A DNA stretch of 32,000 nt from Phycisphaera mikurensis NBRC 102666. GTDB taxonomy: Bacteria > Planctomycetota > Phycisphaerae > Phycisphaerales > Phycisphaeraceae. The notes under the pieces were generated by a model that was not told the DNA's origin, did no database searches, and was given only the letters and a program-made list of their open reading frames with translations. Positions 25,932 through 32,000 of this stretch are shown one piece after another (position 1 is the stretch's first letter; each line of letters begins with the position of its first letter). The stretch covers positions 1,680,001 through 1,712,000 of the forward strand of contig NC_017080.1 in the NCBI RefSeq assembly GCF_000284115.1. The letters run 5' to 3'. A program made the position numbers and the translations under genes.

Positions 25932-27854
25932 TTAGTGAGAGCAAGCGGCGCCGTGGACGTGCGCCTCGCCGCCCCCGGCAGCCACCGTCTCGGCCACGGC
26001 CGCCTCGGCGGCGGCGCCGCGACGGTCGTAGAGCAGCCGGATCGCCGCGTCCCACTGCTCTCTGGGGATCCGGCTCTCGGGGAGGATCTTGCTCACGTGC
26101 AGGATGGCGGAGGTCATGCCCGCCTGGATCAACTCGGCGAGGAAGACCGAGTTGAGCACCTGCCGGGCCGCGGGCTTCAAGCCGAAGCTGATGTTCGAGA
26201 GCCCGCAGGTGATCTGGCAGCGGGGGAATCGCTCGCTGATCAGGCGGGTGCCCTCGATGGTCTCCAGGCCGCTTCGGCGGTCCTGCTCCATGCCGGTGGA
26301 GACCGGCAGGACGAGCGGGTCGAACATGAGGTCCGCCTCGTCGAGGCCGTGCACGCGGGTGGCCAGGTCGTGCATGCGGGTGGCGATCTCCAGCTTCCGC
26401 TCGCGGGTGCGGGCCATCGCCTCCTCGGGGTCTTCGTCGATGGTGCCCAGCACCAGCCCGGCGTTGTACTTCTTCGCGAGGCGGCACATGAGGGCGAACT
26501 TCTCCTCGCCGTCCTCGAGGTTCGCCGAGTTGATCAGGCACTTGCCGCCGGCGGCCTTGAGCCCCGCCTCGATGGTCGCGGGCTGGGTGCTGTCGAGCAT
26601 CAGCGGGGCGTTGACCTGGTTGACCAGCTTCGAAACCACGGTGGTCATGTCCCGGACGTTGTCGCGGCCGGCGTAGTCGACGTTGACGTCGATCACGTGG
26701 CTGCCCTCGCGGACCATGTCGCGGGCGAGGCTGACGATCTCGTCCCAGTCCTCCTCCTCCAGGAGCCGCTTGAACTTGCGGCTGCCCGAGGCGTTGGTGC
26801 GCTCGCCGATGTTCAGGATGCTGTTGTCCTGCCGCATCTCCACCGCCCCCATCAGCGAGGCAATGGCGGGCTGCCAGGGCTGGACCTCCACCTCGGTGAC
26901 GGGTGTGTCGCGGCCGACCTTCTCCACCAACGCCGCGATGTGGGCCGGCGTGGTGCCGCAGCACCCGCCGACGATGTTCAGGCCCGCGGTGAGCACGAAC
27001 TCGGCCATCTTCTCGGCGAAGGGCTCGGCCTGGAGCGGGAAGATCGTGCGGCCCTCGACCAGCGTCGGCAAACCCGCGTTGGGCAGCAGCGAGATGGCGC
27101 CGGGCCAGTTCCGGGCGATGTGCTTGAGGTGCTCGGCCATCTCCGCGGGGCCCGTGGCGCAGTTCATCCCGAGGCTGAAGATCGGGTAGTTGCGCAGCGT
27201 GGCCACCACGCCGGCGATGTCGGTGCCGATGAGGGTGGTGCCGAACTGCTCGATGGTCACCTGCACCATCACGGGCACGTCGCCGGTGCCGTCGACGTCG
27301 GGGGTCAAGCCGCGCTCGTCGAGCACGCCGAAGATCGCGTCCAGCGTGCACTTGACCTGCAGGATGTCCTGGGCGGTCTCGATGAGCAGCGCGTCGCTGC
27401 CGCCATCGAGCAGGCCGCGGACCTGGGCGGCGTAGCTCGCGCGCATCTCGTCGTAGCCGATGTTCCCGAGGGTGACCAGCTTCGTGCCCGGCCCCATGGA
27501 GCCGACGACGAAGCGGGGACGCTCGGGGGTGGCGAAGCTGTCGCAGGCGAGCCGGGCGGTCTGCGCGGCGAGCACGTTGAGCTCGTGGACCCTGTCCACC
27601 AGGTCCTGGTCCTCCATGGTGTGCAGCTGCGCGTTGAAGCTGTCGGTCTCGACGGCGTCGCTGCCGGCGCGGAGGAAGTCCTCGTGGATGCCCTGGATCA
27701 CCTCCGGGCGGGTGAGCAGCAGCACCTCCGTGCAGTTCTCGCGCCCGAGGTAGTCCCGCTCCAGGTCCAGGTCGTCGATGTTGTGGATGGAGGTGCCCAT
27801 CGCCCCGTCGAGGAAGAGGACGCGGCGGAGGGCGGTTTGCGCGAAGGTGCTCAT
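25932..27854 (-). CDS. metH: Methionine synthase, N-terminal half (homocysteine- and methyltetrahydrofolate-binding domains) as a separate gene
   Basis: VLFLDGAMGTSIH..NIVGGCCGTTPAHIAAL..NIGERTNASGSRKFKRLL..HVIDVNVDYAGRD..; pterin-binding domain present. Confidence 0.92.
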   Translation of the reverse strand: MSTFAQTALRRVLFLDGAMGTSIHNIDDLDLERDYLGRENCTEVLLLTRPEVIQGIHEDFLRAGSDAVETDSFNAQLHTMEDQDLVDRVHELNVLAAQTARLACDSFATPERPRFVVGSMGPGTKLVTLGNIGYDEMRASYAAQVRGLLDGGSDALLIETAQDILQVKCTLDAIFGVLDERGLTPDVDGTGDVPVMVQVTIEQFGTTLIGTDIAGVVATLRNYPIFSLGMNCATGPAEMAEHLKHIARNWPGAISLLPNAGLPTLVEGRTIFPLQAEPFAEKMAEFVLTAGLNIVGGCCGTTPAHIAALVEKVGRDTPVTEVEVQPWQPAIASLMGAVEMRQDNSILNIGERTNASGSRKFKRLLEEEDWDEIVSLARDMVREGSHVIDVNVDYAGRDNVRDMTTVVSKLVNQVNAPLMLDSTQPATIEAGLKAAGGKCLINSANLEDGEEKFALMCRLAKKYNAGLVLGTIDEDPEEAMARTRERKLEIATRMHDLATRVHGLDEADLMFDPLVLPVSTGMEQDRRSGLETIEGTRLISERFPRCQITCGLSNISFGLKPAARQVLNSVFLAELIQAGMTSAILHVSKILPESRIPREQWDAAIRLLYDRRGAAAEAAVAETVAAGGGEAHVHGAACSH

Positions 27855-28003
27855 CTCCGGTCAGTCTATCCGTTCATCCGGATGGAGCGATGGAGTGCGA
27901 CCCCGGGGCTAGCGGCTGCGTGCAGCGGCCCGGGCCGCGGGCGTTGCAGCGCCTGGCGCGTGACCGATCACCCCGCACCCCGGATCGGGCCGATCAGGCG
28001 GGC

Positions 28004-28843
28004 ATGACCTGGTACGAAGCGCTGATTCTGGGGATCGTGGAGGGGCTCACCGAGTACCTCCCGGTCAGCTCCACCGGCCACCTCATCCTCACGCAGTGGC
28101 TGCTGGGGCTGAACGCCGATCCCCAGACCGAGGCGGCGGTCAACAGCTTCAACATCATCGTGCAGGCCGGGGCCATCGCCGCGGTGCTGGGGCTCTACCG
28201 GCAGCGGGTGGGGCAGATGATCCGCGGCCTGCTGGGCCGGGACGAGGAGGGCCGACGCCTCGCGCTGATGCTCATCGCCGCGTTCATGCCCGCCGCGGTC
28301 CTGGGGGTCCTGCTGGCGGATCCGATCGAGCGGCACCTCTTCGCCCCCTGGCCGGTGATCGCGGCGCTGGCGGCGGGCGGGCTGCTGATGCTCGGCGTCG
28401 CCCGCTGGCGGCGGGGGGCCGACGAGGCCGACGGCAAGGAGGTGGAGCAGATCGATCTGAGGATGGCCCTCCTGATCGGCTTCGCCCAGTGCCTCGCGAT
28501 GTGGCCGGGCACCAGCCGGTCGATGATGACGATCGTCGCCGCCTTCCTCGTCGGGCTGCGCCCCCGCGCGGCGGCGGAGTTCTCCTTCCTGCTGGGGCTG
28601 GTGACGCTGGGCGCGGCCACGGTCTACAAGTCCGCACAGGGCGGGACGCAGATGGTCGAGCAGCTGGGCGCCTTCCCAATTCTGGTCGGGCTCGTCGGCG
28701 CGACCGTCTCGGCCGCTCTCGCGGTGAAGTGGTTCGTCCGCTTCCTCACGCGCAACGGCCTCGCACCGTTCGGCTGGTACAGGCTCGCCCTGTCGGCCGT
28801 GCTCGCGGGGCTCATCCTCAGCGGGGTGATGGAGGGCTTCTGA
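28004..28843 (+). CDS. uppP: Undecaprenyl-diphosphatase
   Basis: MTWYEALILGIVEGLTEYLPVSSTGHLILTQWLLGL..; AMWPGTSRSMMTIVAAFLVGLRPRAAAEFSFLLGL. Confidence 0.95.
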   Translation: MTWYEALILGIVEGLTEYLPVSSTGHLILTQWLLGLNADPQTEAAVNSFNIIVQAGAIAAVLGLYRQRVGQMIRGLLGRDEEGRRLALMLIAAFMPAAVLGVLLADPIERHLFAPWPVIAALAAGGLLMLGVARWRRGADEADGKEVEQIDLRMALLIGFAQCLAMWPGTSRSMMTIVAAFLVGLRPRAAAEFSFLLGLVTLGAATVYKSAQGGTQMVEQLGAFPILVGLVGATVSAALAVKWFVRFLTRNGLAPFGWYRLALSAVLAGLILSGVMEGF

Positions 28844-28939
28844 TTCTGGCTTCGGGGCACCCGGCCACGCGGTCGGGTCTCCTCGGGACCGCCGGAGGAG
28901 GCCGCGGCGCGGCGCGCCGCGGGTGCGGGCGAGCGGCCT

Positions 28940-29097
28940 TAGCGCACCGTGCGCAATTTTCCGATCGCCTTTGCGGGCGAGTCGTGCCCCTCGCTTCGTC
29001 GGCTGCATCGCCCTGCAGGGGCAGGGCTGCTTCGCCTCCTCACGAGGAACACGACGCGCGGACGCAGGCCGATCGGAAAATTGCGCACGATGCTCTA
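28940..29097. repeat. MITE-like inverted-repeat element bounded by TA dinucleotides
   Basis: Perfect 20-bp arms CGTGCGCAATTTTCCGATCG (28948-28967) and its reverse complement (29070-29089). Similarity continues outward to TAGCGCAC / TAGAGCAT at both TA ends and inward through GTCGTGcccCTCG / CGAGGaacACGAC. Confidence 0.75.
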
Positions 29098-29109
29098 GCG
29101 TCGGGACGC

Positions 29110-30240
29110 GTGCCACCCCGCCCCCCGCTCCACCTTGCCGGCGTCGTGTCGGCGCTGCTCCCGTGGTTCCGGCGGCACCGGCGGGCGATGCCCTGGCGTG
29201 CGGAGCCGGGGCAGGCGGCGGACCCCTACCGGGTCCTGGTGAGCGAGGCGATGCTGCAGCAGACGCGGGTGGAGACGGTGGAGCGTTACTTCGAGCGCTT
29301 CGTCTCGCTCTTCCCGGACGCGGCGTCTCTGGCGGCGGCCGGCGAGCAGGAGGTGCTGGCGGCGTGGGCGGGGCTGGGCTACTACCGGCGCGCGCGGAAC
29401 CTCCACGCGGCGGCGAAGGCGGTGGTCGCGGAGCACGGCGGGGCGGTGCCGCGGACGGCGGAGCAGCTGCTCGGGCTGCCCGGCGTCGGGCGGTACACCG
29501 CGGGGGCCGTGGCGTCGATCGCGTTCGGCGAGCCCGCGCCGATCCTCGACGGGAACGTGATGCGCGTGCTGGCGCGGCTGCACGCGATTGAGGAGCCGGT
29601 GGACCGGCCGGCGACGCAGAAGCGGCTGTGGGCGGAGGCGGCGGCGCTGGTCCGGGCGGCCGCGGACCGCGGGGCACAGAGCGGGGACGGCGAGGCGGTC
29701 CGCAACTTCAACCAGGCGCTGATGGAGCTGGGGGCGCTGGTCTGCACCCCGAAGCGGCCGTCGTGCCTTGCGTGCCCGCTGCGGGAGGCCTGCCGGTCGG
29801 CGGGCACGGCCCGGGCGGAGCGGCTGCCGCGCAAGACGCCCAAGAAGGCTCCCCAACGGGTGACGCACGAGGTGCTGGCGATCGAACGCGGCGGTGCCTG
29901 GCTCTTCGAGCAGCGGCCGGCGACGGGCATGTGGGCGGGGATGTGGCAGATGCCCACGCGGGAGGACGGGGCGGCGGACGCGGATTGGGCGAGGGAGCGT
30001 CTCGGCCTCGCGGTGCGGATCAACGACGGCGAACCCGGCGTGTTCGAGCACGCGACGACGCACCGGTTGGTCGGGTTCCGGGTGCGGACCGGCCGGACGG
30101 TCGGCGGGCGGCTGCGACCGGGTGCGGGCGTCTGGCGGAAGCCCGGAACGCGGAGTTTTGCACAGCTGCCCGTCGCGCGGCCGGTGCAGCGGATCGTCGC
30201 TATGGTCGCGGCGCAGCCAGGCCGGGAAAGCGGAGTGTGA
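29110..30240 (+). CDS. mutY: A/G-specific adenine glycosylase
   Basis: MPWRAEPGQAADPYRVLVSEAMLQQTRVETVERYFERF..LPGVGRYTAGAVASIAFGEPAPILDGNVMRVL..CTPKRPSCLACPLREAC (Fe-S C-x6-C-x2-C-x5-C). Probable GTG start at 29110. Confidence 0.92.
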   Translation: MPPRPPLHLAGVVSALLPWFRRHRRAMPWRAEPGQAADPYRVLVSEAMLQQTRVETVERYFERFVSLFPDAASLAAAGEQEVLAAWAGLGYYRRARNLHAAAKAVVAEHGGAVPRTAEQLLGLPGVGRYTAGAVASIAFGEPAPILDGNVMRVLARLHAIEEPVDRPATQKRLWAEAAALVRAAADRGAQSGDGEAVRNFNQALMELGALVCTPKRPSCLACPLREACRSAGTARAERLPRKTPKKAPQRVTHEVLAIERGGAWLFEQRPATGMWAGMWQMPTREDGAADADWARERLGLAVRINDGEPGVFEHATTHRLVGFRVRTGRTVGGRLRPGAGVWRKPGTRSFAQLPVARPVQRIVAMVAAQPGRESGV

Positions 30241-30531
30241 TTCTCCCGCGGACGCGCCACCGTGAAGGCTGATCCTCTCTTGGAGGATCGACCCAAGTCG
30301 GAATGCCGGCCGGCTGCCGTGCTCCCCGCCGTGGGGGGCCGTTCTGCCCGAGAGCCCCTCGCGACACGGGGGCCCGGTGCCGCGGCCGCCCGCCGTGCGT
30401 TCGAGAAGCCCGCGGACCGTCGAGGTTTTCGCGGGTTTCCGGCCACGGTCCGCGGGCGCCGGCGTCGGCCGCCCGTGTCTTGCGAGGGTTCCTCCGGGAG
30501 CCGCCCTCCGGGGCACGCGAGAGACCGACGC

Positions 30532-31153
30532 ATGCGAAACCTCCTCCCGATGCTGCCCGCCACCGCCGTGGCGTTCGCTTTCCTCGTCGCCGCGCCGGCT
30601 TCGGCGCAGGCGACGTTCCAGTACGCGGTCGGGTCGGGCGAGGCCCGCAGCGACCTCGTCGTCGACTTCGCGGGCTCGGGCAGCACGCCGGGCGGGGCGT
30701 ACGCCTTCTCCTACTTCTACGACCCCGCGGACAACCCGACCGGGCTCGACCTGCTGACGGCGATCGATGCGGGCGGCGGCCTCGACGTCGCGACGACGCA
30801 GTTCAGCTTCGGCGTCGCCATCGACGGTTTCACCTTCGGCGACGACTCGCGGGTGTTCGAGAGCTTCACGGAGGGCTCGTTCCGCTACTTCGTCTCCGGG
30901 GGGGACCGGGCAGCAGTTCCTGCCCCCGGACTTCGCGCCCACGCTCCGCGACTACGCCGACGACGGGTACACGGTCGCGGCTTCCGGGGCGTCGGGTCGC
31001 TTCCTCGCCGACGGCAGCGTCGACGCCTTCCGCTTCGCCGACGCCGCGGGGACCCGGCCGGCGGCGGTGCCGGCGAACATCCCCGAGCCCGCGGCCGCCG
31101 CGTGGGCGGCGGGCGGCGGGCTGCTGCTGCTGCTCCGACGGCGGGCGTCGTGA
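30532..31153 (+). pseudogene. PEP-CTERM-like exported protein with reading frame broken at a G7 tract (pseudogene, phase-variable gene or assembly error)
   Basis: Frame 1 from ATG 30532 carries a signal peptide and continues to ..SFRYFVSGG; after the G-run 30898-30904 the frame one nt later reads [60 protein letters not shown], a PEP / TM / Arg tail ending at 31153. Confidence 0.72.
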
Positions 31154-31941
31154 GGCGGCGTCCCGCCTTCACGCTGGTCGAGCTGCTGGTCGTCGTCTCC
31201 GTGATCGCGCTCTTGATCGGGCTGCTGCTGCCGGCGCTGGCGGCGACGCGGGAGGCGGGCCGTGCGGCGGTGTGCCTGTCGAACCTGCGGCAGACCACGC
31301 TGGCGCTGATCAGCTACGCGACGGCGGACGGCGGCGGGCTCGTGCCGCTGGTGCAGAATCGACCCGCGGGGCGGGCTTGGTGGTTCGGCTTCGAGCCGAA
31401 GCCGTACGTCGGCCTCAACCGGCCGATCGAACCCGGGGGCTCGCCGCTGGCGACGCACGCGGACGGGCTCTTCGGCGAGGGCATCGCCTGCCCCGCCTTC
31501 CCCGCCGGCGACCCGGGCTTCAACGCGAAGTTCGCCCGGCGGAGCGCCCACTTCGGCTACAGCGGCGGCCTCGCGCCGCCGGCGTACACCGGTCTGCCGA
31601 CGAAGCGCCTGGTGGAGGTGGCCGACGCGTCGGGCACCTTCGCCTTCGCCGACGCGCTGCACCAGGACTTCTCGCCCACCGCGTTCAACGAGCCGCACGA
31701 GGTCGCCTTCCGCGGTCCGGGCGCGGTGAGCGGGGCGGGGCACTTCCGCCACGCCGCAACGGCAAACCTCTCCTACCTCGACGGACACGCCGCCGCCCTG
31801 GAGCCGCCGGAAGGGGAGGCGGTGCACGGGAGCTTCGGGGGCGGCGACCTCGTCAACCTCGACGTCGCGCAGGGGCGGGGCACGCGTTACGGCTTCCCGA
31901 CGTGGACCGCGTCGCTGCTCCCCGCCACGGTGCGGCCATGA
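31150..31941 (+). CDS. Type II secretion prepilin-like protein (DUF1559-like, planctomycete type)
   Basis: [52 protein letters not shown]..; [11 protein letters not shown] near the C-terminus; GTG start overlapping the upstream TGA. Confidence 0.82.
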   Translation: MRRRPAFTLVELLVVVSVIALLIGLLLPALAATREAGRAAVCLSNLRQTTLALISYATADGGGLVPLVQNRPAGRAWWFGFEPKPYVGLNRPIEPGGSPLATHADGLFGEGIACPAFPAGDPGFNAKFARRSAHFGYSGGLAPPAYTGLPTKRLVEVADASGTFAFADALHQDFSPTAFNEPHEVAFRGPGAVSGAGHFRHAATANLSYLDGHAAALEPPEGEAVHGSFGGGDLVNLDVAQGRGTRYGFPTWTASLLPATVRP

Positions 31942-32000
31942 GGATCGATCGCTGCGTCTGCACGGGTCGCTTCTTCGAGAGCCTGCTCGCCCAGGCCCGG
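31938..32000 (+). CDS. Hypothetical protein, N-terminus only (runs off the window)
   Basis: [21 protein letters not shown]..; ATG overlaps the preceding stop (ATGA). Confidence 0.55.
   Translation, partial: MRIDRCVCTGRFFESLLAQAR

Noticed and set aside
24198-28007. 1269-aa + strand ORF and similar long ORFs antisense to metH
   Set aside because: Composition is Arg/Val/Gly/His-rich, with no recognisable domain, and mirrors the coding strand. This is a known artefact in very GC-rich genomes. The minus-strand MetH halves have clear domain motifs.
1-32000. Defence island, prophage, biosynthetic cluster or toxin-antitoxin system
   Set aside because: No integrase, phage structural gene, nuclease/methylase pair, NRPS/PKS or recognisable TA pair was found. 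The only clear mobile gene is the IS630 transposase.

Overview
This is a very GC-rich window whose gene content suggests a Planctomycete of the Phycisphaerae type (inference). It is mostly ordinary chromosome. From left to right it contains: a partial glycosyltransferase-9 (heptosyltransferase-like) CDS; a metallophosphoesterase; a Nudix hydrolase; a type II secretion / type IV pilus-like cluster (two pseudopilins, two small membrane proteins, a secretin, a TPR lipoprotein) next to a GAF-less-certain/HD-GYP protein; a tightly coupled minus-strand gene run (P-loop PEPCK-like protein, TrkA-N, zinc-ribbon membrane protein, kinase-like protein, LOG-family protein); PhzF; NAD kinase; a four-gene coupled minus-strand run (STAS, HATPase, YbeY, CorC-like); a LysM protein; MreB; acyltransferase 3; an IS630-family element whose two ORFs are in -1 relation; a methionine synthase split into two genes; UppP; MutY; a frame-disrupted PEP-CTERM-like protein; and a type II prepilin-like protein. 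I see no CRISPR array, rRNA, tRNA or recognisable defence system. The most interesting unexplained signals are: (1) a tandem GYGRRGRA octamer family present as two intergenic arrays (17 and 15 exactly phased units, the second with an inverted partner arm); (2) a TA-flanked MITE-like inverted-repeat element directly upstream of mutY, with a possible collapsed relative next to the IS630 copy; (3) the IS630 insertion in the TA of the metH stop codon, which regenerates TAG; (4) the split metH; and (5) a G7 tract where the PEP-CTERM-like reading frame breaks.
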